Shown here in pieces: positions 38,190 through 48,540 of a stretch of 64,000 nt of DNA (within the stretch, counting starts at the first letter, position 1; every line of letters begins with the position of its first letter). Source of the stretch: Gemmatimonadota bacterium (GTDB lineage: Bacteria; JBHIER01; G020348925); assembly GCA_020348925.1 (NCBI GenBank), contig CP070758.1:3673688-3737687 (forward strand). Reading direction: 5' to 3'. Position numbers and translations under genes: made by a program. The notes beneath the pieces are model-generated. The model was given only the letters and a program-made list of their open reading frames with translations, was not told where the DNA came from and ran no database searches.

Positions 38190-38921
38190 TCATACGGTTT
38201 TCGTCAACTCTTGAGGTTTGAAGGAGGTAATAATCTCCACAACTTTCTCAACGTCGTCGACGATGTGGAAGAGTTCGTAATCTGATTGGGAAATTTTGTC
38301 CTCTGCAAGAAGTCTTCCTTTTATCCAGTCAATGAGACCTGCCCAGTACTGGCTATCGTACATGATGACGGGAAAGGGCAGTATTTTATTTGGTTGAATG
38401 AGGGTGACCGCTTCGAAGAATTCGTCAAGGGTGCCGAAGCCGCCGGGCATGATGACGAAAGCCTGGGCATATTTGACGAACATGACTTTGCGCACGAAGA
38501 AATAGCGGCAATTGATCAGTTTCGTCAGGTATTTATTCGGTTTCTGTTCCATGGGGAGCTCAATGTTGATGCCGACGGATTCTCCCCCGGCTTCGATGGC
38601 CCCTTTATTGGCCGCCTCCATGATGCCGGGGCCGCCCCCGGTGATGAGGCAATAGCCTTCCTTGACCAGCAGGCGGGCAATCTCTTCGGCTTTGTCGTAG
38701 TCATCGTCTCCGGGCCTGGATCTTGCCGAGCCGAATATGGACACGGCCGGTGGCAGATAGGCCAGATCCTCAAAGCCCTCGACGAACTCGGCCATGATGC
38801 GGAAGATGCGCCACGGATCCTGGTGGGTGAAGTCATCGATAAGATATTGGCCGGGTACTATCTGGTCCGGCCTTTGAGCACGTGGGTCGATTTTTTCCTT
38901 TTTCAAAAGATCCCTCCTCAC
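38190..38921 (-). CDS. LOG-family nucleotide phosphoribohydrolase
   Basis: FGSAR, ITGGGPGIMEAAN, YFFVRKVMF, PGGFGTLDE. Confidence 0.92.
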   Translation of the reverse strand: MRRDLLKKEKIDPRAQRPDQIVPGQYLIDDFTHQDPWRIFRIMAEFVEGFEDLAYLPPAVSIFGSARSRPGDDDYDKAEEIARLLVKEGYCLITGGGPGIMEAANKGAIEAGGESVGINIELPMEQKPNKYLTKLINCRYFFVRKVMFVKYAQAFVIMPGGFGTLDEFFEAVTLIQPNKILPFPVIMYDSQYWAGLIDWIKGRLLAEDKISQSDYELFHIVDDVEKVVEIITSFKPQELTKTV

Positions 38922-38953
38922 TATAAATAAGTGTGTTTTCTGAAACAGTTTGT

Positions 38954-39826
38954 TCAGATCTTGCCGAAGGCAACAATATAGCCGATCATTTTATAAATCA
39001 ACTTTGCCGCTGTGAAGTCGGGGGCAATGTTGCCGGGCTGGGGGCAGAGTTCGACGACGTCGAAGCCGACGATATCTCTTTTTCGAGCGATACCTTGCAC
39101 GAGCTCTAAAACATCGTACCATCCTAATCCGCCTGGTTCGGGCGTGCCGACACTGGGCATGATGCCGGGATCGAAAACATCCAGGTCAATGCTCACATAG
39201 ACATTTTTCCCAAGCTGCGAAATAACTTTTTCCCAAGAGGAATTCTTTCTCATCTCCTGAGCAAAGAAGACAGCGAGGTTTCGCTCTTTTATGGAGTCCG
39301 CTTCTTCTTTACTCAAGCTTCGTACGCCAACTTGAACGATTGGAGCGTACTCCAAAAGCCGCCAGGCGGTGCAGGCGTGATTTAATTTCGAGCCGAGGTA
39401 CTCATCACGAAGATCTGCGTGGGCATCCAGTTGAAGAACGGTTACGTCTTTGATTTTTTCGGTGAAGGCTTTTACGATTCCAACCGTTATGCTATGTTCT
39501 CCACCCAAGGCAATGGGTGTCTTACCCTTTTCCAGGATGTTTGAAACAGATCGGTAGATTTCTTCGAGGGTACCCTGTGGTGATGCATTCGGATCTACAT
39601 CCTGGGCGGTGGAGATTCCAATTGTGTATGGTTCACTACCAAACTCTTCGTCGTAGAGTTCTACCTGTTGAGACGCCTCAATAATAGCCTCTGGTCCGTA
39701 TCGTGTTCCTTTGACATATGTCGTTGTCTGTTCATAAGGAATGGGCAGAACGACAAAGCGTGCATCCGCCTCGGCCGAATACTCTTCAGGTAATCCGAGG
39801 AAATTTTTTCTGGTGTTTGCCGTCAT
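38954..39826 (-). CDS. speB: Agmatinase
   Basis: GGEHSIT, DAHADLR, SIDLDVFDP, GTPEPGG, DVVEL. Confidence 0.95.
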   Translation of the reverse strand: MTANTRKNFLGLPEEYSAEADARFVVLPIPYEQTTTYVKGTRYGPEAIIEASQQVELYDEEFGSEPYTIGISTAQDVDPNASPQGTLEEIYRSVSNILEKGKTPIALGGEHSITVGIVKAFTEKIKDVTVLQLDAHADLRDEYLGSKLNHACTAWRLLEYAPIVQVGVRSLSKEEADSIKERNLAVFFAQEMRKNSSWEKVISQLGKNVYVSIDLDVFDPGIMPSVGTPEPGGLGWYDVLELVQGIARKRDIVGFDVVELCPQPGNIAPDFTAAKLIYKMIGYIVAFGKI

Positions 39827-40857
39827 GATACCGTCATCTCGAGATGTTCACCCAGCCCAAATGTCACAGTGACACCCCGCTGGATATTTTCAGCATTCTC
39901 AGCCAAGGCAGTCACTAGGAAAGGGAGGGCGATGGTTGCATCGCAGTACAGGGTCGCTTTCTTCGCGGACGCCGAGATCTTTCCCCAGGACTGCGCCTCT
40001 TCGAAGGTGCAGCCCGAAAGTCCGCCCCAATAGGGAGCATCGACAATGATCTGTATCGCGTAATCATGGCCCTTCACCGTTCGCCCTTGAACGGAGGCAG
40101 CGACTTCCGTTTGCTGGATAAAGTTTTTGGGAGTACCTCCGCCAATGTATATGACCCCTGTTTTTTTGGAATCGATCACAATGTTCGTCAATTCTTCAAC
40201 ATCACCGATGACATTGAACTGAATTGTTTCTCCCTTCTCTTTCGTCAAGAGTGTCAGGGCGATTCCTATGGATGAATCTCCGATCGCCGGACAATATATG
40301 GGGACGTTCGCCTTTGCCGCCGCTGTTACTATTCCGTCTTCACCCTTGTGCTTTCCGAGCTCTGTTCCAAGACGAGTCAGAAATTCCCTTGTGGTGTAGT
40401 TCTTGTGAGAATCCAACCCTTTGGCAAAATCGGCAATGAACCTGTCGGCATTTCGAAATTCCTCCTCGCTGGCAAAGGTATCGTAGATTTTATCGATCCC
40501 GTGTTGATAGAGGGTGACGTCATCAAAGTTGGGATCCCCTCGAAAGTGAAATTGTCCCAGCGTCTCGTGACAATCGTGGAAGAGGTTCGCCCCGGTCGAA
40601 ACCAAACAATCGATGAGACGGTTCTCGATGAGGTAAACAATGATTTTCCTCATACCGGCCGGCACCATGGCCCCTGAAAGTCCCATGAGTATGGTCGTTT
40701 CGTCCCTCAACATGTCCGCCCAGATGCGAAAGGCGGTACCCATGCTCCGGCCCTGAAAGGAGATAGATTCCATCCTCTGCAGACAGTCTGCCACGGATTC
40801 TCCGGTTTTTACCTCAAAAGGTTTAATGGGGTTTTTCAGCAATGTTTCTTTCTTCAA
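39823..40857 (-). CDS. Deoxyhypusine synthase-like protein (SpeY-like)
   Basis: SGAMVPAG, STGANLFHD, PAIGDSSIG, GGGTPKNF, GGLSGCTFEEAQSWGK. Confidence 0.92.
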   Translation of the reverse strand: MKKETLLKNPIKPFEVKTGESVADCLQRMESISFQGRSMGTAFRIWADMLRDETTILMGLSGAMVPAGMRKIIVYLIENRLIDCLVSTGANLFHDCHETLGQFHFRGDPNFDDVTLYQHGIDKIYDTFASEEEFRNADRFIADFAKGLDSHKNYTTREFLTRLGTELGKHKGEDGIVTAAAKANVPIYCPAIGDSSIGIALTLLTKEKGETIQFNVIGDVEELTNIVIDSKKTGVIYIGGGTPKNFIQQTEVAASVQGRTVKGHDYAIQIIVDAPYWGGLSGCTFEEAQSWGKISASAKKATLYCDATIALPFLVTALAENAENIQRGVTVTFGLGEHLEMTVS

Positions 40858-40993
40858 TAAACTTCTCCTTTGAAATTACAGTCAACTCAAGAGGTTCAGG
40901 ACCTGTGAATTATAGGATATTCGCGCTCGAGAGATGCGTTGAATTGATTTTTACTCGAATCCGTTGATCCTCGACACCTTGAGCCTTCAAATG

Positions 40994-41536
40994 TCATGGT
41001 ACAAAGACAGCCGCGGTGATGACGGATGTCCACAGACCCCCCTTATCCCCTATAGCCGATTGCGTAATGTTTCGGGTTTTTACAATCTTGTCGTGCATGC
41101 GATAAACGTCCCGTCGCTCGTCCCAAGCGAGGTCGGCATCGAATTCGATGCCGAGAGTGGAGGCCAACATGCTGGCCGCCAAATCTTCGGCATAGTCCCC
41201 GGCTGCATCGTCCGTCTGTCCGAAGGTATGGTGTTCGCTCAGGTATCCATATTGCTCCTTTTCGGTTGGGATGGCAATTCCTATGGAGGCCACGAGGAGG
41301 CGATTCCGTTCGTTTGTACTGTTATCACAGATGACGCAAAAGACGATTTCACCTGGTTTGAGCAGACTGAGTCCTTTATCCTTTGAGATGATTTTGCACC
41401 CGGGGGGAAGAATACTGGAGACTCGTACCAGGTTGAATTTTTCAATACCCGCTTTTCTGAGAGCCGCCTCGAAGGATCTCAATTTCTCTTTATGCTTTCC
41501 CACACCTTTGGTGAGAAAGAGTTTCTGTGGAACCAT
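40994..41536 (-). CDS. pdaD: Pyruvoyl-dependent arginine decarboxylase
   Basis: [22 protein letters not shown] (Ser-Ser cleavage site), YGYLSEHH. Confidence 0.92.
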   Translation of the reverse strand: MVPQKLFLTKGVGKHKEKLRSFEAALRKAGIEKFNLVRVSSILPPGCKIISKDKGLSLLKPGEIVFCVICDNSTNERNRLLVASIGIAIPTEKEQYGYLSEHHTFGQTDDAAGDYAEDLAASMLASTLGIEFDADLAWDERRDVYRMHDKIVKTRNITQSAIGDKGGLWTSVITAAVFVP

Positions 41537-41587
41537 AGTCGTGTCTTTCCTTTCTTGGATGAGGGTGGTGTATATGTATGGGACTCA

Positions 41588-42436
41588 TCAATTCGGGATA
41601 AGAAAAACGATCACGGTAAGAAGAGCCCCAATGAGCACAATCAAGGCGAAGGTTTTGTCAGAGACGAAGTTCTTCTCCTTCTCCTTTTGAAAGAACGTTC
41701 CTTTGAAGAGAAACAAAACACCCATCCAGAAGAGAACGAGGAGGAGTGTAAGAGAATCGGTCCTGTCCGTTCCGATGGGTAACCCCTCCCAGATTTTTCC
41801 AAGAGACTGATATTTCACAGCCATATGTAGAGGAATACCACCCAGTAAGAGAAGGATGGCTCCGGCCAGCGTCACCTTCGTCAGAGCCTCCAATTTTTCT
41901 CCGCGTTTGAGAAAAAGATAAGCCCAATATCCCGCCAGCAGGATGAGTAAAAGTCCGATGAGAACAGAGCAGAAGTGAAGAACGTATAAAAACGGTGAAA
42001 CCTGTCCTTTGAAGGTGAAGGCGTATGTCTTCCCCGATGTAATGGCATTTTTAGGCAATGTTAAAGGTGTTCCCGTGACGCTGCTTACCTGGATGTAGTA
42101 GCAGATCCTTGTTCCGGTCGAATGGGAGGGGATCACGGCTGAATATTCATCAGCCTGGTCCATTGAAGTCATGGGCAGTGAGAGAAAATCTCCCCCCTTC
42201 TCTTTATAAAAGAGCTTTACCCCACCTTCTTTCAAATCGAGTGAGGAGATGATTCTGGCCCGGATCTCCTGTCCGCCCGGGCCGGCGTGCTCTCTCACCG
42301 GAGTGTGTTCCAGACGCAAGGTAAGAACCTCTTTCTGTTCGGCTATCTGTGTCTTGTGACAGCTCAATCCGAGCATTGTAAGAAGGCACACACCGACAAG
42401 CATGAATCGGGCAACACGGATCAAATGAGTACCCAT
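41588..42436 (-). CDS. Hypothetical membrane protein
   Basis: Signal/lipobox-like N-terminus, soluble domain (HTP...YYIQV), several C-terminal TM helices; abuts thiL. Confidence 0.78.
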   Translation of the reverse strand: MGTHLIRVARFMLVGVCLLTMLGLSCHKTQIAEQKEVLTLRLEHTPVREHAGPGGQEIRARIISSLDLKEGGVKLFYKEKGGDFLSLPMTSMDQADEYSAVIPSHSTGTRICYYIQVSSVTGTPLTLPKNAITSGKTYAFTFKGQVSPFLYVLHFCSVLIGLLLILLAGYWAYLFLKRGEKLEALTKVTLAGAILLLLGGIPLHMAVKYQSLGKIWEGLPIGTDRTDSLTLLLVLFWMGVLFLFKGTFFQKEKEKNFVSDKTFALIVLIGALLTVIVFLIPN

Positions 42437-42471
42437 TGTCGCATTCTCCTATCACGAATGTGAAACATTGT

Positions 42472-43515
42472 TCAGGATATTTTTCTTCTGACCATTTTTT
42501 TCGAAAAATGATTGTACCCTCGAAAGGGGAGCGACTCTTGATCGCCATTCTCGTCGATGAGTGTTATGCCGCAATGAGCTTCCACAATGGCTCCGACTGT
42601 GGATATTTTCGTTTCTGTCTCTCCCTCGATGATGTCAATGACCTCTTCTGCTCTCTTCTGAGGCAGTGCGAAGAGGAGCTCGTAATCCTCTCCTCCATAA
42701 AGGGCGTAATGATGCGAGGGTGTGCCAAATTCTTGTGCCGCCAGCTTCGTCTGAGAATGGAGGGGGATCTCTCCGGTATAGATTCTTGCCCCTGTTCCAC
42801 TCAAAGCACATATATGATGAATCTCAGAGGCCAGGCCGTCACTGATATCGATCATGGCATGGGCGTTCGTCTCCTCCACGAGAACCCTGGCTTCATGAAT
42901 CCGTGGCAGGGGAAGAAGATGTCTTTCCATAATATATGACCATTTCTCAGGGATCTCTTCTCCTGTTTTTCTTTGCTCTCTCAGGATCTTCAATCCCGCT
43001 ACCGAACTTCCCAAATCACCTGAAACACAGATGACGTCGCCCACTTTTGCTCCGGACCTTGTCGCCATTTGTTTGCCTTCAACTTCACCGGTTAAGGCAA
43101 TGTTGATGACGATTTCTGAGAGGGCGGCCGACGTATCACCACCGACGATGTACCCTCCGAATCGATAGAGTATTTTCTCCATGCCCTCATACATGGCCTC
43201 CACCCACTCCACGTCGGTTTTATCTGGAAGGCAGAGGGAGACAACAGCGGTGCGGGGAATTCCGCCCATGGCCGCGATGTCACTCAGGTTTGCGGCCATG
43301 GCCTTCCAACCGATCTGGTAGGGTGTTGCGTAAGAGGAGTCGAAATGGATGCCCTCGACAAAGACGTCCGTAGTGAGCAGCATCACCATCCCCTTTTTGG
43401 GTACAAAAGCGGCAGCATCATCATCAATACCCAGTCGGATTGCTTCGGATGTGCTGCGCACCTTTTTTTTGATACGGTCAATGAGTCCGAATTCGCCTAT
43501 CTGTCCCACTTTCAT
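42472..43515 (-). CDS. thiL: Thiamine-monophosphate kinase
   Basis: GEFGLI, DDAA, NLSDIAAMGG, IVGGDT, IDISDGL, GGEDYELLF. Confidence 0.96.
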   Translation of the reverse strand: MKVGQIGEFGLIDRIKKKVRSTSEAIRLGIDDDAAAFVPKKGMVMLLTTDVFVEGIHFDSSYATPYQIGWKAMAANLSDIAAMGGIPRTAVVSLCLPDKTDVEWVEAMYEGMEKILYRFGGYIVGGDTSAALSEIVINIALTGEVEGKQMATRSGAKVGDVICVSGDLGSSVAGLKILREQRKTGEEIPEKWSYIMERHLLPLPRIHEARVLVEETNAHAMIDISDGLASEIHHICALSGTGARIYTGEIPLHSQTKLAAQEFGTPSHHYALYGGEDYELLFALPQKRAEEVIDIIEGETETKISTVGAIVEAHCGITLIDENGDQESLPFRGYNHFSKKMVRRKIS

Positions 43516-43595
43516 GATGTTTCAGTCTCTTTGAATAATTGTTCCAGCCTCAGCATGTTTTCCCCCACATGTATAAAAACAGTCGGTAAAGACAC

Positions 43596-45212
43596 TTAGT
43601 CGATCCGAAAGGGATCGTTCCAGTAGAAACGGGTGGCTCCCTGGGGGGTTCCAAACCAAACGTAATCACCGTCAAGGAGGATCGTCTGGACAGTATTATG
43701 TAACAGGCCGTCCTCTATGGAAAAGCGCCGCCACGTGTTTCGGAGTCGATCGAATTTAAGAACGCCTTCATCAGTGGCGATCCACGCCGCGCGATCATTG
43801 ATGGCCAGGTCGTAAATGGTACCGAAGGAATAAATTCCTGGAGGAAAATACTGCTGCCATTGCGAGGACTCTTTATCGAAGACCGACAGAAAGAGGGAGA
43901 TGGGAAGGGATTCCTTCCCGGGTATCGAGGGTCTTCCTGTGATCAACTCGTGGGCTTCCGTTTGGAAAAAGAGTCTCTCATCGATTGCCCAGGATGGCAG
44001 CGCGGCAAACCAAACCGACTCGCTATCGGCGACCATATCGACCACGACGCCACCCAAATGGTCCTGACGATCTTCGAAGTATTCCCATTCCTTTCTCTCT
44101 CTTGGCTTGAAAAAAAGTCCGCGGTTTGTGGCTGCCCAGATTCGATCAGTATCGACTTGGACATCATAAACTATGGCTGTAGCAATGTTCTCATTCGATA
44201 CCTTGGTAATATCGCCGGTTTTTCTGTCCGTGGAACAGAGTCCGAAAGCTGTGCCAATCCAGAGACGTTCCCCATCCAAGGCCAAGTCAATAACTACGTT
44301 ATCGCTCAACCCTTGGAGGATTGTGTAGGTTTTCCACGATTTTTTGTTTTTGTTCAGTTGAGCCAGTCCGTCGTACGTTCCAAACCACACGAATTGAGAA
44401 TCTGCGGCCATGGATGTAACGTTATCGCTTCGCAGACCATCGATGAGGCGGGCCTCGAAATAAGACCATTCGGTGCTGTTTCGATTGAATCTCGTAATTC
44501 CCTGAGAACCCTGGAGTTCACCGATGCCGGCAAACCACATGTCGGAATCGTCGAAGATCATGGAGGCAACATTGGGTTCGATGAGGCCGAATTGCAGCAT
44601 CTCCAGTTTCTGAGTGCGCATGTCGGCGGTACCCGCATTGAGCCCCCAGGTGGCGATCCACATGATGTCCCAGTTGTCAATGACGGACCAATGGATGGGA
44701 TAGGTGCGGAGGTTGCGGTCCTGAAGAGTAGCATTGTATCCCTCAGTAAAAAAAGTATACTTGAAATCGGTAATGAAGTCCGGATACTCAATTGGAGGAG
44801 GATTCGTGAGAAGAAGGCCCGTCGGTATGGAGGAGGTTGTGTGCCACCTTTTTTCCGTGGGGTGATAGTAATTGATGTACCCGGAGCGGGTGAGACACCA
44901 GATGTATTCGTTGGCCGGATCATAGGCGACGCGCTCTATCCAGTTCTCATAGAGCCCGTCGCTCATAGTGTAGGGAGTATCCCAACGACTCAAATAGCGG
45001 TCGTAGCGCGTCACACCGCCCGTTGTTCCAAAATAGATATATTGATGACCGACTGAGATGGAGTTGACATACCTGAAATCCGTGTAACTGACCCAATCTC
45101 CCTCTTCGTAGCGCAACCTGGTTGATTGGCCCGAGGCCAATGAGACGAGCCCCAGAACAATCATAAGAGCGGAGAGAGTAGAGATAGAAAAGATTCTATT
45201 AGCCATGATCAA
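43596..45212 (-). CDS. Secreted beta-propeller repeat protein
   Basis: Signal peptide; repeated (D/Q)GLxxNxV....D...VWFGTxxG blades. Confidence 0.82.
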   Translation of the reverse strand: MIMANRIFSISTLSALMIVLGLVSLASGQSTRLRYEEGDWVSYTDFRYVNSISVGHQYIYFGTTGGVTRYDRYLSRWDTPYTMSDGLYENWIERVAYDPANEYIWCLTRSGYINYYHPTEKRWHTTSSIPTGLLLTNPPPIEYPDFITDFKYTFFTEGYNATLQDRNLRTYPIHWSVIDNWDIMWIATWGLNAGTADMRTQKLEMLQFGLIEPNVASMIFDDSDMWFAGIGELQGSQGITRFNRNSTEWSYFEARLIDGLRSDNVTSMAADSQFVWFGTYDGLAQLNKNKKSWKTYTILQGLSDNVVIDLALDGERLWIGTAFGLCSTDRKTGDITKVSNENIATAIVYDVQVDTDRIWAATNRGLFFKPRERKEWEYFEDRQDHLGGVVVDMVADSESVWFAALPSWAIDERLFFQTEAHELITGRPSIPGKESLPISLFLSVFDKESSQWQQYFPPGIYSFGTIYDLAINDRAAWIATDEGVLKFDRLRNTWRRFSIEDGLLHNTVQTILLDGDYVWFGTPQGATRFYWNDPFRID

Positions 45213-45241
45213 ACGGTCTCACCTCCGTGCACGGGGCTCTC

Positions 45242-46792
45242 TTAAAATGACTTGCTTTTGAGGGAGTGACGGATAGCCGCTGGGATTTTCTCGGCAATGT
45301 CACCAGCGATAACTCCCAATGTTCCCTTTTTCTCAGCGGCTAAATCGCCCGCAGCGCCGTGGAGAAATACTCCGGCTACGGCTGCCTCAGGCCCTTTCAA
45401 TCCCTGAGCCAGCAAACCGGCAATCAAACCGGTGAGAACGTCTCCGCAGCCGGCCGTAGCCATGCCGGCGTTTCCGGTTGAATTGATGTGAACAGTGCCA
45501 GTGGGATCGGCTACAACGGTGGGAGCCCCTTTCAACACGAGCACTACGCCGAGGTCTTCGCCCACTTTTTGGGCCAGACTGATCCGATGCGCTTCGATCT
45601 CACCGATCGGCCGATCGATCAGACGGGACAGTTCTCCCGCGTGGGGGGTAAGGATCAACTCCGCTTTTCTATCTGCCAGACAATCGTGGTGACCCGCAAG
45701 AGCGTTCAGGCCATCGGCGTCAATGACAGTAGGTATCCGCACTTTTCGAGTAATGTTCCGGACCAATTCCTGCGTCTCTTTGTTCAGGGAAAGGCCAGGT
45801 CCGATGGCCAGAACGTCGGCCCAGTCCATAAGCTCTTCAATGCCTGACTCGGCTGCGAGACTCAAGGTCCGTTCCTTCGTTTCGGGCAGAGGCTTCGTCA
45901 TCGTCTCGGTGAGCTTGATCTCCATGACGTCGTTGAGGCTCCTTGGAATTCCAAGAATCGTCATACCGGCCCCCGCTCGCAGTGCGGCCTGACAGGAGAG
46001 TGCGGCAGCACCAGTCATTCCGACGGACCCGGCCACCACAGCCACCCGTCCGCAGTCGCCCTTGTGGGCGTTGGGTGCTCGTCGAGGAATAAGCCGGGCG
46101 ATGCCCTCACGTTCCACATATTCGATGGTGATGCCGGCGCCACCAATGACCTCCGGAGGAACACCGATGTCTACGACTTCCAGTTTGCCGACGTACGATT
46201 TTCCGGGAAATAGCAGCAAACCCACCTTGGGAAGCCCCATCGTCGCTGTCACATCTGCTCGGACACAGGGACCCTCAACTGCCCCTGTATCCGTGTTGAG
46301 ACCCGAAGGAGTATCAACGGCTACGACTGTCCCTTCGAATTTGTTTATGAGGTCAATCACCTCAGCCGGAAAGCCTCTCACAGAGCCCTGTATGCCGGTA
46401 CCCAAGATGGCATCGACGACAATATCGGCCTCCAAGGGCTTGTTGATGTTATCAAGACTGGAGATTTCTTTCACGTTCAGGCCTATGTTTACCGCACGGT
46501 CGAGGTTGACTTTGGCGTCACCGCTGATCTCGCTCTTCTTACCAAGAAGATAGGTCTCGACATCCGCTTCCTTCTCCGTCAATAATCTGGAGACGACAAA
46601 GCCATCGCCACCGTTGTTCCCCTTACCACAAAAGATGATAACCCGACTGTGGCTGATGTCGATGAAGGTCCCTTCAATCGCATTGACGACACCTTGCCCG
46701 GCCGCCTCCATGAGGTCAAGCCCCGGAATTCCAAACTCTTCTATGGTAACACGATCAATTTCCCGCATCTGTTGCGTCGTGACAACTTTCAT
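45242..46792 (-). CDS. nnr: Bifunctional NAD(P)H-hydrate epimerase/dehydratase
   Basis: CGKGNNGGDG, VDAILGTG, HKGDCG, IDADGLN, LTPHAGE, GCGDVLTG. Confidence 0.95.
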   Translation of the reverse strand: MKVVTTQQMREIDRVTIEEFGIPGLDLMEAAGQGVVNAIEGTFIDISHSRVIIFCGKGNNGGDGFVVSRLLTEKEADVETYLLGKKSEISGDAKVNLDRAVNIGLNVKEISSLDNINKPLEADIVVDAILGTGIQGSVRGFPAEVIDLINKFEGTVVAVDTPSGLNTDTGAVEGPCVRADVTATMGLPKVGLLLFPGKSYVGKLEVVDIGVPPEVIGGAGITIEYVEREGIARLIPRRAPNAHKGDCGRVAVVAGSVGMTGAAALSCQAALRAGAGMTILGIPRSLNDVMEIKLTETMTKPLPETKERTLSLAAESGIEELMDWADVLAIGPGLSLNKETQELVRNITRKVRIPTVIDADGLNALAGHHDCLADRKAELILTPHAGELSRLIDRPIGEIEAHRISLAQKVGEDLGVVLVLKGAPTVVADPTGTVHINSTGNAGMATAGCGDVLTGLIAGLLAQGLKGPEAAVAGVFLHGAAGDLAAEKKGTLGVIAGDIAEKIPAAIRHSLKSKSF

Positions 46793-47163
46793 GTTTGCCT
46801 CATCAGGAGCGCTATAGCGACTGCATACTCCGATGTGTGAGAGAGGCTGAGGGCGATGTCTTTTCCCGCGGCCACTTTTTTTGCTTTTCCTCTCAGGATA
46901 ACATGGGGATCACCATCCTGGTTGGTCCCTATCTCGACTTCGGACCAGAGAGGATTATGTCCCTTTTTGAGACCGAGGGTTTTCCAGACCGCTTCTTTGG
47001 CTGCGAAGCGCGCCGCGAAGGAAGCGCTCCGGGCTCGCTTGCCTCGACAGTATCTGATCTCAGCCTGCGTGTAGATCCTTTTTAAAAAGCGGTCCTGCCA
47101 CCTTCGGATCGCATTTTCAATTCTGTGCACCTCAATAATGTCCAGGCCGATTTTCTCGGTCAT
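46789..47163 (-). CDS. acpS: Holo-ACP synthase
   Basis: IGLDII, ARFAAKEA, LSLSH; start reassigned to ATG 47163. Confidence 0.93.
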   Translation of the reverse strand: MTEKIGLDIIEVHRIENAIRRWQDRFLKRIYTQAEIRYCRGKRARSASFAARFAAKEAVWKTLGLKKGHNPLWSEVEIGTNQDGDPHVILRGKAKKVAAGKDIALSLSHTSEYAVAIALLMRQT

Positions 47164-47183
47164 TCTCCCCTCTTTCCAGACAC

Positions 47184-48197
47184 TTAAATCAGATATCTCT
47201 TCAGCACTTGATCCTTGATTGGTCTGACCCTCAGGGTGCCCGTTGGATCCTGGGAATCGAACCAGTATAGTACAGCGACCTCGGCTTGATGACGGCCCGA
47301 GCTGTATCGGGCACATATGGCAGCTGCCCGTTCCATGATCTTTCTTGCCCGACTTCGGCGCAGGACAACGATTGGGCTGCCGTGCTCCTTCGCACTGAAT
47401 TTCAGATCCTCTTCCTTGGCCAAGGCATTCAAATGTTCGTTTTCATCTTCATTTCGACCGGCGATGATCTTCTGGCCGGTCGGGAGCCGGAAATGACGGC
47501 CGATTTTGAGCAGATTGATGTCGTATAACGAATCCTCACCGTGTTCGAAGAGATCCCGGAGTCTGTCCGCGAAACCCTTGTCAGTCAGCAAGCACCCTCC
47601 CGCCGGACAGGCGTAATCGTCTATTCCGCTGTTTTCCGCCAGTTTCATCTGGACCTTCCTCGATCGCCCCTGAATAGCCAGGAACTTTTCACGGTCTATG
47701 AGACCCTCCTCTTCGGGGATTGTCGGCTTCATCAGTTTTGCCGACAGTGGTCGCAATAAGCGACCGTCGAGCCCTGAATCCCGCTCCACAATGCGCATGG
47801 CATCGCGCCGCTGCGACATGGGTCGTTGTCCCAACACTTCGCCAGAAAAGACGAAATCGGCTCCTGTCTCTTCCATGATCTGCCGGGCCTTGGTGAAGGT
47901 CATTATCCGGCAGTCGAGGCATGGATTCATGTTCTTACCATATCCGTATTTGGGTGACTTGAGCATCTCGATATACTCACGCCCTAAGCCGATCCTTCTG
48001 AGAGGGACCTTAAGTTTGTCCGAAACCTCTTTCGCCTCGCATCGACCGGGGCGGTTACAGGTGCAAAAGGGACTGAAAAAGTTGACGGCCAGAACATCGA
48101 TCCCTTGATCACTGATCAGTTTTATCGCCAATGTGCTGTCGAGACCACCGGAGAGCAGGGCTATGGCCTTGACTTTTTTTGATGTTGTGCGTGTCAT
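47184..48197 (-). CDS. PP-loop tRNA thiolase-like protein (ThiI/MnmA-related)
   Basis: SGGLDS, NPCLDC, GEVLGQRPMSQ, PAGGCLLT, GRHFRL. Confidence 0.82.
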   Translation of the reverse strand: MTRTTSKKVKAIALLSGGLDSTLAIKLISDQGIDVLAVNFFSPFCTCNRPGRCEAKEVSDKLKVPLRRIGLGREYIEMLKSPKYGYGKNMNPCLDCRIMTFTKARQIMEETGADFVFSGEVLGQRPMSQRRDAMRIVERDSGLDGRLLRPLSAKLMKPTIPEEEGLIDREKFLAIQGRSRKVQMKLAENSGIDDYACPAGGCLLTDKGFADRLRDLFEHGEDSLYDINLLKIGRHFRLPTGQKIIAGRNEDENEHLNALAKEEDLKFSAKEHGSPIVVLRRSRARKIMERAAAICARYSSGRHQAEVAVLYWFDSQDPTGTLRVRPIKDQVLKRYLI

Positions 48198-48434
48198 CTC
48201 GAAAAAGATCCTTTCCTTTGCACTCAACGTATGATTGAAATTTAACCTAAATGACTTCTTTGGGCAACCAATTTCTACACATCAAACCGTTGTCTTTTCT
48301 TCGATTCCCTTTACCGCGGGAAATTCTGAGAGGGGCGTGTGCAAGGCACCTGTTCGGCGGAGGTGGAAACGGTATGCCGTGTTGTTCCGAGTGTGTCACA
48401 GTGAGCGGTGAATAATCGGGGAGAAATTTTTTCC

Positions 48435-48462
48435 TTGACAGTGAACATATTTTCACTATATT
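48435..48462 (+). promoter_or_regulatory. lexA promoter with palindromic operator
   Basis: TTGACA-N16-TATATT; the spacer is GTGAA-CATATT-TTCAC. Confidence 0.72.
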
Positions 48463-48540
48463 CACAGGAGAAGGTAGGAAGGGGCAAGAAGACGGAGAAT
48501 GCAATGGCACATATGAGGCATAGTGCGATGGAGGTGTCCC

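Noticed and set aside
38190-38921. Lysine decarboxylase
   Set aside because: Known misannotation of LOG proteins; PGGxGTxDE indicates a phosphoribohydrolase
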